A stretch of DNA of 64,000 bases from Deltaproteobacteria bacterium (GCA_947490345.1 CANLGL010000002.1:64598-128597), one strand, 5' to 3'; positions 9,315 through 19,351 are shown, numbered from the stretch's first letter. Made by a program: numbers and translations. The notes: generated by a model from the sequence alone, not told the origin.

Positions 9315-10202
9315 TCAGAAGTTGAAAAGGCGGGGCTTCATCTTCGGCACGAAGATGGAGATTCCCCCGGTGGTGATGAAGACGGACTGGATCTCGTCGT
9401 TGAGAACCTGCTTCTGTCCGGTCGTGGGGTCGATGTCGCCGACGATATAGTCGGCCTCCGGCCCAATGAAAACCAAGGTGCGTGCGTCAAGCTTCAGAGC
9501 GATCGTCGGACTGATGAAGAAGTTGACCCCCACGCCCAGGTTCAGCGCCGGGCTGAACTGCTGCTGCGGGTTCGGCTCGAGCGACACCGGATCCGTCGTC
9601 TCCCCATTCCGGTAGGCATCGCTGACCACGGCGATGTCCTTGGACACCGCCGCCAGACCCACGCCGGCCGTGCCGTACATGTCAAAGTTGACGACCCCTT
9701 CACCGAGCAGATTGATCTTCCCGTACACCGGCGACCACCGCGCCGAGAAGGCGGCGGCGATGCTGAGGCGGTCGATCGGCTGCTGAAAAGTAGTGCCCGG
9801 ATCGCTCTGATAGGCGATGTCGAGCAAGGTGCGGGTCAGGTTCTTGACGCCGGAGGTGCCCGTGTTCGGCGAGTAGAGAACCGCGGCCTCGACAGACAGC
9901 TTTTCGTCGAAGTGGTAGGCGAGGTACGCCCCGCCCACGTAGCTGTCCGCGAAGGAGTTGTTCGGCACGTAGCCGAGGGACGGCGCAATCTCGAAGCGAT
10001 TTCCCTTGAGGAAGAAGCGATTCCGGATCAGGTCGATCGGCTGCTTCTTTCCCTTGAATTCTTCGAGCGCGACCACGGCGCTGTTCTTGTCTTTGGCAAA
10101 CGCCGCGGTCGGGCTGGCAAGGCCCAGGGCGAGCACAGCCAGCATCGACAAGCGACACAGCGCACGTGTTGAGGTTTCGATAAATCGTCCGGCAGGCTTC
10201 AT
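9315..10202 (-). CDS. outer-membrane beta-barrel protein (GltA/NfsA-like)
   Basis: 295 aa with a signal peptide ending PTAAFA. It shares motifs with 8438..9298: NRFEIAPSLGYVPNNSF versus HRYEIGPSVGFVANDPF, and WSPVYGKI..FDMYGTAGVG versus FAPIYGKV..FDIYGTVGLG. Confidence 0.8.
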   Translation of the reverse strand: MKPAGRFIETSTRALCRLSMLAVLALGLASPTAAFAKDKNSAVVALEEFKGKKQPIDLIRNRFFLKGNRFEIAPSLGYVPNNSFADSYVGGAYLAYHFDEKLSVEAAVLYSPNTGTSGVKNLTRTLLDIAYQSDPGTTFQQPIDRLSIAAAFSARWSPVYGKINLLGEGVVNFDMYGTAGVGLAAVSKDIAVVSDAYRNGETTDPVSLEPNPQQQFSPALNLGVGVNFFISPTIALKLDARTLVFIGPEADYIVGDIDPTTGQKQVLNDEIQSVFITTGGISIFVPKMKPRLFNF

Positions 10203-10301
10203 TCCAGCTCTCCGCTAGCCACAATTCCCAGGGTGGGGTCCGAGGGCGGCGCACCATAGCACGGAACCCACGGTTAGGCTGTCCGGACAATCGGGTCCGC
10301 C

Positions 10302-10709
10302 ATGGGGTTCTGGCTTTCGATCGCAGTCGCCGCTGGCACGGGTGATGTCGTGCTGCTTGGCCCGTCCGCGCCGCTCGCGTCGACCGACGCGGTCAGCCTT
10401 ACGCTGACCACGCCAGGGGCGAGCTTCATCGACGGGTGCTCCCCGGTTGAGTTGGAGAAAAAGGATGGAGAGCGGTGGATATCTGTCCCCCGTCGGGCCT
10501 GCACTCAACGGCTGCCGGCCAGCCGGGTCGAGGGGAGCCTCGTGGTCTCGGTGCCGCCCCCCGGCCCCGGGGAGTACCGCGCTGTGGTGACCTGGGCGAC
10601 GGGCTGTGCCGAAGGCGTGGCCCTCGCTCACGCGGCGTGCAGCGTGGTGGCTGCCGTTCGCTCCGAGCCGTTTACTTGCCGGGCGGAGGCGGTCAAGCCG
10701 GCGCCTTGA
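10302..10709 (+). CDS. hypothetical small Cys-containing protein, opposite strand to the cluster
   Basis: 135-aa ORF with a high GC3 codon pattern (by eye more than 80 percent), a protein-like composition and 5 Cys. There is an in-frame stop 9 codons upstream of the ATG. The competing minus-strand ORFs in this gap are Arg/Gly/Pro junk. Its 3' end overlaps the 10693..11562 gene by 17 nt. Confidence 0.45.
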   Translation: MGFWLSIAVAAGTGDVVLLGPSAPLASTDAVSLTLTTPGASFIDGCSPVELEKKDGERWISVPRRACTQRLPASRVEGSLVVSVPPPGPGEYRAVVTWATGCAEGVALAHAACSVVAAVRSEPFTCRAEAVKPAP

Positions 10710-11562
10710 AGCGAACGCGCAGCTCGGACCAGCCCATCCCGCCTCGCCGATCGCGAACCACGACCCAGAGGCTCGCGGTGTCGTGGACTGGCTCTTCGGG
10801 GCTGAAGTAGACGGTGGTGTCCACCGGGAAGATCGAGTTGGACTGGCTGAACGAGCCTTCCTCCAGGTACCAGGACAGGTAGGGCTCCTCGGTCAGGGAT
10901 TTGGTGACGCCGGCGCTGGTGACAAAGGTGTAGGGCTCCACGGAGCCCGAGGTGAGCTCCGCGCGCAGGTCGTAGGCCTGCCCCCGGTCGAGAAGGACCT
11001 CGGCGCCGACTTCGATGGCGAGCCCATCCACGCGCCAAGCCAAGACGGCCGGATTGTGGTTCGGTGTCGCTGCGAGCGAGACGGGAACGCGTTTATAGGC
11101 GAGCTCCACGTCGTCTTCGTCGAGCGTCCCGCCCTCCGCCACTTCCGGGATCGCAGCCAGGTAGGTCATCGCGAATGAGCCCTCCAAGCGCTCCGCCTCG
11201 GTCAGGGAGTCGAGGTAGTCGGCCGGGACGACCCAGGCCGGGGGAAGCGCGGGTAGGAAACCGATGAAGCCGGCGGCTGCAAGGTCCTCCGGGTCCGCCT
11301 CCTCGAGCGATCCGCCTTCAAAAAGCGCAGGATCCACCGAGCAGCCGAAGTCGTCGGAGGCGCCCCCGTCGCAGACGAACCAAGCGCTCCCCGCGAGCGG
11401 ATCGACCGGGGACACGATCAGGGCGTTGAAGGTGACCAGATCTCCTGGCCGCGGCTCGGCTGGTTCGGTGGCGACGGCCAGGACGCGGAGGCGGTCAATC
11501 TGCCAAGACTGACTCAGATCTTCGGTGTCACACGCCACGAGTTGGAGAATCATCGAGATCAA
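10693..11562 (-). CDS. hypothetical protein, possible lipoprotein, partner of the TonB-dependent barrel
   Basis: 289 aa. The hydrophobic N-terminus is very short and has a lipobox-like LVAC (MISMILQLVACDTED). The protein is acidic and I recognise no family. Its start overlaps the stop of the barrel gene by 4 nt. Confidence 0.75.
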   Translation of the reverse strand: MISMILQLVACDTEDLSQSWQIDRLRVLAVATEPAEPRPGDLVTFNALIVSPVDPLAGSAWFVCDGGASDDFGCSVDPALFEGGSLEEADPEDLAAAGFIGFLPALPPAWVVPADYLDSLTEAERLEGSFAMTYLAAIPEVAEGGTLDEDDVELAYKRVPVSLAATPNHNPAVLAWRVDGLAIEVGAEVLLDRGQAYDLRAELTSGSVEPYTFVTSAGVTKSLTEEPYLSWYLEEGSFSQSNSIFPVDTTVYFSPEEPVHDTASLWVVVRDRRGGMGWSELRVRFKAPA

Positions 11563-14182
11563 AGCGGCACCTTCAGCTCGAAGCCGGGGCTGGGGATGAT
11601 CGGAAGCCCCTTGAAGTAGGTCTTCTCGGTGTAGTCGTAATTGTATTGCTCGAACTCTGGATTTTCTCCATGGAGTGCGTTGATCACGTCCAGATAGACC
11701 AGCAGCTGCCAGGATTTGAAGGTGAACAGCTTGTCAATTCTGGCCGACACCGCCCAATATGGCGGAAGGCGTTCGCTGTTGGTGTCCCCCGACGGGAATG
11801 CCACGTAAAAGTCCTGATCGACGTCGTAGACTCCGAGTGCGTACGGGGTGGTCGGGTTGCCGGTGGTGTACTGCACCTTGGCGCCGAGCGAGAGGTCGTA
11901 GGGCAGCCGATAGCCGGCCACGGCGGTGAGGATGTGCGTCTGGTCGAAGTCGAAGAGGTACCAGTCTTCGTCTGGGTAATCTTGACGTTCGCTGCGCGAA
12001 AGGGTGTAGCTGACCCATCCGAAGAGCCTTCCGATGGGCTCGTGGCGGGCAATGACCTCCACTCCGTACGCGCGGCCGTCGCCCGAGTTGACGAAGTAGC
12101 TGTCGTCGAGGCTGCCGAAGGACCGGTTGCTGACGATCAAGTCGTTGAGGTCCTTGTAGAAGCCCTCCACCTCGAGCTTGATGGCCGGTCCGATCGCCTG
12201 CTCAAAACCGAGTGAGCTTGCCCAGGCCTCCTCCGCGCCAACGAGGGCGGGATCGTCGTCCGGGCGGTATTGCTGGAAGGGCTGGGGCGGCTGATGGTAC
12301 AGGCCAGTCGAGCCCTTGATGACGCTGGTTTTCCCGACGGCCCAACGCGCGGAGAAGCGGGGGTCCAACGCGAGGACCTCGTTCTCATCAGGGATGATCA
12401 CGTACATCAATCGAACCCCCGCATTGAGGGTCAACTGGTCCGTGTCCTGAAGCGGTTTCCAGCGAACGTTGAGCCAGGGGTCCGGCCCGTACCCGGTGGC
12501 GGTCCCCTTGAGTTGGTACGGCTCGCGTTCGGCAAGCGGGTCGATCTCCGCGAAGCTCGCGGGATTGAACGGCAGTTCGATGATGAAGTCGGCCCAACCG
12601 GCGATCAAGTCGAGCCCCGCGGTCACCGAGAGGTGATCGGCGTGTTCGTAGGCGGCCTCGGCCCGCAGCTCGGCGGTGTACCGCGTCTGGATCAGGTGGA
12701 AGGTGTCGCCGACGTCGAGTGCGGCCTCGTCCATGCCGAAGCTCGGCGCGATGCGAGCCGACCAGTGTTGGCCCCAGGCCCGGTCCCAGGTGCCGCCGAA
12801 GCGATACGTGCTATATTGCGTGCCGATGTCGCCCTGGGTGTCAGGGTCGGTGCCCTGCGCGTAGCCGTCCGGTGTGTGGATGAAGAGCGTGTCGCGGAAG
12901 CCGAAGGCCAGGAGCGAGAACTTATCTGGGTTGTCCCCCTGGTATTGATACTTCGCCTGGAAGTCCCACCACTGGGGCGAAACCGTGAATCCATCGTCAG
13001 CGAGAAAGGCGGGGAGGATGAGGTCGATGTACGACGCGCGGGCGGCGACGCCGACGCCGTGTTGGTGGTCCGTTCCGAAGCTGCCCAGCCACACGCCGCC
13101 GCTGTCCAATGCGTCTGTGGACCAGCGCAGCTCGTGTCGTTCGGGAAACTGGGTGCGGGTCGTGGCGTCGACGGAGCCGCCGGTGCTGCGGCCGTATTGC
13201 GGCCCGTACCCCCCTGGCAGATAGTCCACGCTCTTGACGAGGTCGGGATTGATGATCGATTCGAAGCCGCCAAGGTGGTAGATGTACGGGATGTACATGC
13301 CGTCGATGTAGACGCGGCTGTCTTCCGGATTGGCCCCGCGGATGATGAGCACGCCGGTCCCGAGGGGCGCCCGCGCCGCTCCCGGAAGGTTCTGCACGAC
13401 GCGAATGGGGTCTCCGAACGTACCCGGAATACGACGAATCTCGTCCATTGAGATGGTGCGTCGGGTGACGTCGGCCGTTTCACGGCGATAGGTGCCGATG
13501 ATTCCCGGATCGGCGTAGGATTGGTTCCGGACCCACAGTCGGGCGCTGGTGACCTCGCCCGCCACGACGTCGACGGGCTTCTGCAGCGTGTCGTAACCGG
13601 GGTGCAATGCCCTGACCGTGTGGCTTCCAGGAGGGAGGCCCCTGAACTGCCACCGACCCTGCGCGTCGGTCTCACTTTCGAGGTTCAGGGCGTCGATGCG
13701 GACGAGGAAGTCGGGGAGCGGCCGCCGGGTCCCCATCTCGACCACGGTGCCTTGCAGGTTGACGGGGAGCTCGGCAGGGTCGCCGACCGGCTGCGCCTGT
13801 TCGTGGGCACCGGCCTTAGCTGCCGCGTCGAGCACGAAACCATACGCGAACTCGATCGCGACGGGCACGGGGCCGGTGGCGTCCTCTGCCGGGCTGAAAC
13901 GGAACTGCCGGGCCGCAGCTACCGCAGCTTCGTCAAAGCCGTTGCCCGCCGGCACCAACACCTCGACCAGGGTGACCGTCCCGGCCGCGTCGATCTCGAT
14001 GAGCAGGTTGACCGTGCCTTCAAGCTTCAGGGCGGCCGCATCCGGTGGGTATGGCGCCTGTACGAAATCGAGGAGGGCGGGGTCCTTGGTCAGCGGCGGG
14101 AGCTCCTCGGCCGGGACCACGGGCGCTTCTTCGGCGCGTGCCAGCGGGCTTCCGACGAGCAGCGCGGTCAGAAGCGCAGAGA

Positions 14183-14186
<4 letters not shown>
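11559..14186 (-). CDS. TonB-dependent receptor-like OM barrel with N-terminal TonB_C and CarboxypepD_reg-like domains (Oar-like)
   Basis: Track ORF 11559..14768 trimmed to ATG 14186, which forms an ATGA overlap with the tonB stop. This gives the signal peptide MISALLTALLVGSPLARA. The TonB_C signature is APYPPDAAALKLEGTVNLLIEIDAAGTVTLVEVLVPAGNGFDEAAVAAARQFRFSP. A carboxypeptidase-regulatory-like segment follows (LQGTVVEMGTRRPL..GRWQFRGLPPGSHTVRALHPGY). The plug region reads ISMDEIRRIPGTFGDPIRVVQNLPGA..IRGANPEDSRVYIDG. A long beta-barrel ends GFELKVPL. Confidence 0.85.
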
Positions 14187-14916
<730 letters not shown>

Positions 14917-14920
<4 letters not shown>

Positions 14921-15339
14921 GGCGCGGCGAACTCGACAGGCTCGATATTGATGGCGAAGCGGGCGACGCCTTCCTGCTTCACAAGGTCGATGAGGTGAGT
15001 CACGTCGCCATGCCGGGCGTCCCGATCGCCGGCCACCAGGCAGACGACCTGGTCATTGGCGATGCGGGCGGCACGTACGGCCGCGCGCAGTTCCGGCTCG
15101 GTGACCGGGTTGCCGTCGAGGAGCAGTTGGCCGGCGGCCGTCACGGTGATCGCCAACGAAGACGGGGCGGTCGCGTCACCCGTCGCCGCGTCGGGCAGGT
15201 TGACCTTGATCGATGGGGAGACGATGTACGAGGTCGTCACCATGAAGATGATGAGCACGACCAGGATGATGTCGACCAACGGCAAGATGTTGATCTCGGT
15301 CATCCCCTCATCGTCGCCGCTGAGTCGCGCGCCGGCCAT
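14917..15339 (-). CDS. ExbD/TolR family protein
   Basis: 140 aa with the family motif EINILPLVDIILVVLIIFMVTT. Confidence 0.9.
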
Positions 15340-15340
15340 C

Positions 15341-16012
15341 CTACGTCCCCTCGGCGCGCATCCGTGCCACCACGAGGTCAGCCAGGCTCTCGATGCGCGA
15401 GAGCTGTGAGCGGACCATGCGGGTCAGGAAGTTGTACAGCACGACCGCGGGGATGGCGACCATCAGCGCGACGGCGGTCGACACCAGCGCCTCCGAGATC
15501 GCGCTCATGACCATCTTTCCGGAGTCTGTCGACTCGAGCGACAGCTCGTGGAAGGCCTGGATGATGCCCAGAACGGTGCCGAAAAGCCCGATGAAGGCCG
15601 CGGTGGAGGCGACCGTGCCGACGACCAGCAGGCCCCGCTCAAGGCGGAGGCGCTCGAACAGAATGGTCCCCTGCATGGCGTGTTGCGATGCCGCGGACAC
15701 CCGTGCGCGAAGTCCGGCCAGAAGGACGCGGGACTCGACCCCCTGCTGCTGGTTCAAGGACGCCTCCAGCTCATCGCGAGGGCCGCCGGAGAGGTAGCGG
15801 CCCACCGCCGCCTCGAAGGGGCCGGCGGGGGTGCGGTTCACCACAAAGTACACCACGCGCTCGATCCCGATCGCCACGCAGAGGAACGACAAGATCACGA
15901 GCAACCAGAGCACCCACCACGCACCCAGGAGCGCGAAGTTCAGCATCGCCTTTGCCAGCATCACGACCCCGTCGGCGGCGCCCGCTAATTCGTTGCCTCG
16001 CTCCCGGGACAC
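15341..16012 (-). CDS. MotA/TolQ/ExbB proton-channel protein
   Basis: 223 aa with three TM segments and the family motif [17 protein letters not shown]. The true start may be ATG 15961 (MLAKAML), which would remove the overlap with the upstream ORF. Confidence 0.9.
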   Translation of the reverse strand: MSRERGNELAGAADGVVMLAKAMLNFALLGAWWVLWLLVILSFLCVAIGIERVVYFVVNRTPAGPFEAAVGRYLSGGPRDELEASLNQQQGVESRVLLAGLRARVSAASQHAMQGTILFERLRLERGLLVVGTVASTAAFIGLFGTVLGIIQAFHELSLESTDSGKMVMSAISEALVSTAVALMVAIPAVVLYNFLTRMVRSQLSRIESLADLVVARMRAEGT

Positions 16013-16323
16013 GCTCGCACAAAGCTTGACGCGCTACGGCCCGTCGCCTCGGGCAGCGTCGCCACGAGGTTCGCCGCGGCGATGATCTCCTGGGGAGAGT
16101 GTGGGGTGATGGCGGGCCCGATCGCACAGCCATCAGCAGTGTAGAAGCGCAGGGTGCCCGGTGGCTGGACCGCGTCGGATTCGAGCAGAATCGGGTGGAA
16201 GCGGTCGTTGAAAAAGGTGGTCACGTCGGGGTGTGCGACCAGCCGGTCCACGGCCCCCCATGGGGCATCCACAACCAAAACAACTGGGCGCTCGACCGGC
16301 TGGGTGAGCGTTCGCCAGTCCAT
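15985..16323 (-). CDS. hypothetical thioredoxin-fold-like protein (no CxxC)
   Basis: This is the part of track ORF 15985..16710 downstream of the tRNA. From ATG 16323 it reads MDWRTLTQPVERPVVLVVDAPWGAVDRLVAHPDVTTFFNDRFHPILLESD, which is protein-like. The start is uncertain (see findings). Confidence 0.35.
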   Translation of the reverse strand: MDWRTLTQPVERPVVLVVDAPWGAVDRLVAHPDVTTFFNDRFHPILLESDAVQPPGTLRFYTADGCAIGPAITPHSPQEIIAAANLVATLPEATGRSASSFVRACPGSEATN

Positions 16324-16405
16324 CCACTGCGCGGCCGACGGGGTGGTGGTGGCTGGCGGCGGGTCCGGGGGATCGCTGCACGCCACTAGCGCGGCGAAGG
16401 GGAGG

Positions 16406-16480
16406 TGGAGGTGACGGGCGGGGTTGAACCGCCGTATGATGGTTTTGCAAACCATTGCCTTACCACTTGGCGACGTCACC
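16406..16480 (-). tRNA. tRNA-Cys (anticodon GCA), CCA encoded
   Basis: Hand-folded cloverleaf of 75 nt: GGTGACG TC GCCA AGTGGTA AGGC A ATGGT TTGCAAA ACCAT CATAC GGCGG TTCAACC CCGCC CGTCACC T CCA. The acceptor stem has 7 bp, the anticodon stem 5 bp and the T stem 5 bp. The discriminator is U73 and there is an A13:A22 mismatch, both typical of tRNA-Cys. Confidence 0.93.
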
Positions 16481-16534
16481 AGGCGCCTCGTCCTAAGACC
16501 CGCTCCACGGTTCCGCAAGGGGGGCGAAGGCTGG

Positions 16535-17572
16535 CTACGATGCCAAAAGCCGCAGGCAGCCGGCGTGGAGCTCCCGGGCGTGGACCAGCACCTGGGCCTG
16601 CCAAGCGGAGTCGATCGGGGCGAAGGCCTCGCGCATTCCGAGCTTTGCGGGGTGATCGGCGGTGGGGGCGCCCCAATGGTGGAGGCGATTCTCAGCCCGG
16701 AGCCGGGCAAGGACCGCGAGGTTCGAGAGGGTACCGAACTCGCAGGTGAGGCCGTCGTAGCGGACGCCAGGGAGCCGGGTCATCACCGCGGCGGTCATGC
16801 CGCCCAAAATGAGGTATCCCTGGGGGTCGCTCGGGTCCCAGGTACGCACGTCCTCGCCCAGGGCCGACTTGATCCGGGCAAGCTCGGCTGGTGGCACCTT
16901 TCCTTCCAGCAGAAGGGTGCGTCCGCCGTACCGGCCGAGGGCGCTGTGCCAGTCGACGTGGACCACCCGTTCGCGGCCGCTCAGGCGCTCAACGAGGAGC
17001 GCAAGCACAGCGGCGGGGCCGACCTCGATCGCGGTCCCCCCGTAAAAAAGCCCTTTAGGAAATGTATATTGACCGCTTACGACGGCGTTTTTCAGGGCGC
17101 CGTAGCCTTGGGCGAGCACCGCCCACCCGGCCTGAAGCCAGAAGGTGTCCAGGCCCCCCGGCGGCGTCGGCGGGTTGAGCATCGGGTCGAGCGCCGCATA
17201 CGCCGGTGCGGCGCCGACATACCCGCCGTCCGGCTCGAAATTGCGGTTCAGATCGACGTTGTTTTCGTTGACCCGCCGTAGGTTCGCCCAACCGTAGGGG
17301 TTGACCGCGTGTACGTACAGCGTCGCGACGTCGGTTGCAGGCAACGAGAGCGTCTCAAGCTGCGCAGCGCCGCCGCCGAATCCCTCCACCCCATGCACCC
17401 CGCTGGTGTAGACCAGCACGCGCGGCGCGTCGGCGCGCCCGATCCACGCCCAGTCGATGGTGAGGTCTCCGACGACAGGAATGCTGCCGTGCTCGACGTC
17501 GGCGGTGGCGGCGCGAAAGCGGCGACGCGCCTCACCGTAGTCCGGGCTGAATCTTTCGTTGATCGCGTCCAT
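16535..17572 (-). CDS. DUF2817 / M14 zinc-carboxypeptidase-like protein
   Basis: Track ORF 16535..17782 trimmed to ATG 17572 (MDAINERFSPDYGEARRRF). The longer N-terminus overlaps the divergent GT2 gene and is Ser/Thr/Ala junk. The motif VLVYTSGVHGVEGFGG is typical of the succinylglutamate desuccinylase/M14-like fold. Confidence 0.75.
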   Translation of the reverse strand: MDAINERFSPDYGEARRRFRAATADVEHGSIPVVGDLTIDWAWIGRADAPRVLVYTSGVHGVEGFGGGAAQLETLSLPATDVATLYVHAVNPYGWANLRRVNENNVDLNRNFEPDGGYVGAAPAYAALDPMLNPPTPPGGLDTFWLQAGWAVLAQGYGALKNAVVSGQYTFPKGLFYGGTAIEVGPAAVLALLVERLSGRERVVHVDWHSALGRYGGRTLLLEGKVPPAELARIKSALGEDVRTWDPSDPQGYLILGGMTAAVMTRLPGVRYDGLTCEFGTLSNLAVLARLRAENRLHHWGAPTADHPAKLGMREAFAPIDSAWQAQVLVHARELHAGCLRLLAS

Positions 17573-18338
17573 GCCACGAATCGTAGCGCGCGCGGTGGAG
17601 TGGCGGGGCGGGATAGGCCCCGGCGTGCTTTCCGCGGTGATCATCGCCAAGAACGAGGCCGATCGTATCGAGGCGGCGATTCGTTCGGTAGCCTTCGCCG
17701 ACGAGGTCGTGGTCCTCGATTCGGGGAGCGAGGACGACACGGTGGCACGGGCGGTCGCACTTGGCGCCCGCGTCGTCTGCACCGACTGGCCCGGGTTTGT
17801 CGCCCAGAAGAATCGGGCGCTTCAGGCGGCCGCTGGGGAGTGGGTGCTGTCGCTGGACGCCGACGAACGTGTCGATGAGGCCCTTGCCACCGCCATCATC
17901 GCGGTGGTCGGCTCCTCCGACGCGGACGGCTTTGTCGTCAACCGGCGCACGTTCTGGCTGGGACACCGGCTTGCCCACGGGCACGCCTGGCCCGACCCAC
18001 GGGTCCGTCTCGTTCGCGCGGCGCGGGCGCGGTGGGTCGGCCACGATCCTCATGATCTACTCGCTGTGGACGGGCGCGTGGGTACGCTCACCGGCGAACT
18101 GCTGCACGATCCATACCGCTCCCTCGCCGAGCACCTCGCCACCATCGATCGGTACACGCGGCTGGACGCGCGCCGCGGATCGGTGGTGGATGTACTTGTC
18201 CGGCCGGTCTGGCATCTTTTCCGTGCGCTCGTGCTGCGACGCGGGCTCCTGGACGGCTGGCCGGGGGTGGCCTTCGCGGGGCTCGGTGCGTTCTACACCT
18301 TCTTGAAGTGGACCCGCGGCCACCTGGATTTGCGGTGA
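17571..18338 (+). CDS. family 2 glycosyltransferase (WaaE/KdtX-like LPS core type)
   Basis: Contains LSAVIIAKNEADRIEAAIRSVAFADEVVVLDSGSEDDT and WVLSLDADERV. The start is uncertain: ATG 17571, the track start 17559, or GTG 17625 giving (M)LSAVIIAKNE. Confidence 0.85.
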   Translation: MPRIVARAVEWRGGIGPGVLSAVIIAKNEADRIEAAIRSVAFADEVVVLDSGSEDDTVARAVALGARVVCTDWPGFVAQKNRALQAAAGEWVLSLDADERVDEALATAIIAVVGSSDADGFVVNRRTFWLGHRLAHGHAWPDPRVRLVRAARARWVGHDPHDLLAVDGRVGTLTGELLHDPYRSLAEHLATIDRYTRLDARRGSVVDVLVRPVWHLFRALVLRRGLLDGWPGVAFAGLGAFYTFLKWTRGHLDLR

Positions 18339-19351
18339 AGATCGCCCTGGTTCATCGCCGGTATTCCACCAATGGCGGCACCGAGCGCTACCTCGTCGGC
18401 TTCTCCCGATTCCTGGTGCGTGCCGGCCACGACGTGAGCGTGCTGTGCAACGAGGTCGCCGCAGATCTGCGGGGCGAGCCGGAAATCCGCTTCGTGCACC
18501 TGCCGATGTGGCGACCGGCCAAGGCGCTGAGCCTCGCGTGGTCGGTTCGACAGGCGCTCGCTCGGGAACCATTTGACGCCGTTTTGGGTCTCGGGCGGCA
18601 CACCGGACATAGCGTCTACCGGGCGGGGGGCGGCTCGCACCGGGACTATCTGCGCCGGCGCGCCTACTCCTGGCGTCGGGGGCTATCTTTGGGAGACTGG
18701 CTGGACGTGGCGCTGGATTGGGCTGCAGTGCGTGGCGCGCGGGTCTGCATCGCGAACAGCGAGCTCGGCGCGCGCGGTCTGCGGGAGGACTACGGCGCCA
18801 CGAGGGTTGAGGTCGTGTACAACGGGGTTGACCTGGAACGGTTCCGACCGGACGCTGACGTGCGCGCCAAGGTGCGTCAGGAGACAGGCGTCGTCGGGCC
18901 AGTCGCGGTCTTCGTCGGCAACGACTTCGTGCGCAAGGGGCTGGATGTCGCCTTGGCGGCGTTGCCGCCGGCCTGGACGCTGTGGGTTGTGGGCTCCGGT
19001 CGGCCCCCGCCCGCGCCGGCCCGGGTTCGCTTCTTCGGCGCCCAAGCCAATCCGGAACGCTTCTTGCAAGCAGCGGACGTGCTGGTGCTGCCCACTCACT
19101 ACGATCCCTTCGCGAATGTGTGCCTCGAGGCATTGGCCTGCGGCGTGCCCGTGTTGACCACGCGCGCCAACGGCGCCAGCGAGGTGCTTCCGGAACCGTG
19201 GATGATCGCTGACGACGTCGTTTCCTTCCGCGCTGGCTTTGCCCACGTCAACTCGTCGGTGGGCGCCGCTTGTCGGGCGACTGCGGAGTCCTTTCCACAA
19301 TCCCGCAGCTTTCAGCGCGCGCTGGAGCTGCTCGTCGAGGCCTCACGATGA
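18335..19351 (+). CDS. family 4 (GT-B) glycosyltransferase, WaaG/RfaG-like
   Basis: Starts VKIALVHRRYSTNGGTERYL, with the C-terminal motif VLVLPTHYDPFANVCLEALACGVPVLTT. GTG 18335 overlaps the GT2 stop (GTGA). The track start 18308 is less likely. Confidence 0.85.
   Translation: MKIALVHRRYSTNGGTERYLVGFSRFLVRAGHDVSVLCNEVAADLRGEPEIRFVHLPMWRPAKALSLAWSVRQALAREPFDAVLGLGRHTGHSVYRAGGGSHRDYLRRRAYSWRRGLSLGDWLDVALDWAAVRGARVCIANSELGARGLREDYGATRVEVVYNGVDLERFRPDADVRAKVRQETGVVGPVAVFVGNDFVRKGLDVALAALPPAWTLWVVGSGRPPPAPARVRFFGAQANPERFLQAADVLVLPTHYDPFANVCLEALACGVPVLTTRANGASEVLPEPWMIADDVVSFRAGFAHVNSSVGAACRATAESFPQSRSFQRALELLVEASR

Noticed and set aside
16324-16710. The long version of ORF 15985..16710, reading through the tRNA-Cys gene and into the end of the M14-like gene.
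   Set aside because: It crosses a confidently folded tRNA gene, and its N-terminal part is Pro/Ser/Arg-rich noise. Only the part downstream of the tRNA is kept, at low confidence.
17559-17625. Divergent M14-like and GT2 genes appear to share overlapping start codons (the CATG palindrome at 17570-17573).
   Set aside because: The start assignments are uncertain. GT2 may begin at GTG 17625, giving the typical (M)LSAVIIAKNE N-terminus and leaving a 52-bp spacer. The overlap therefore cannot be asserted.
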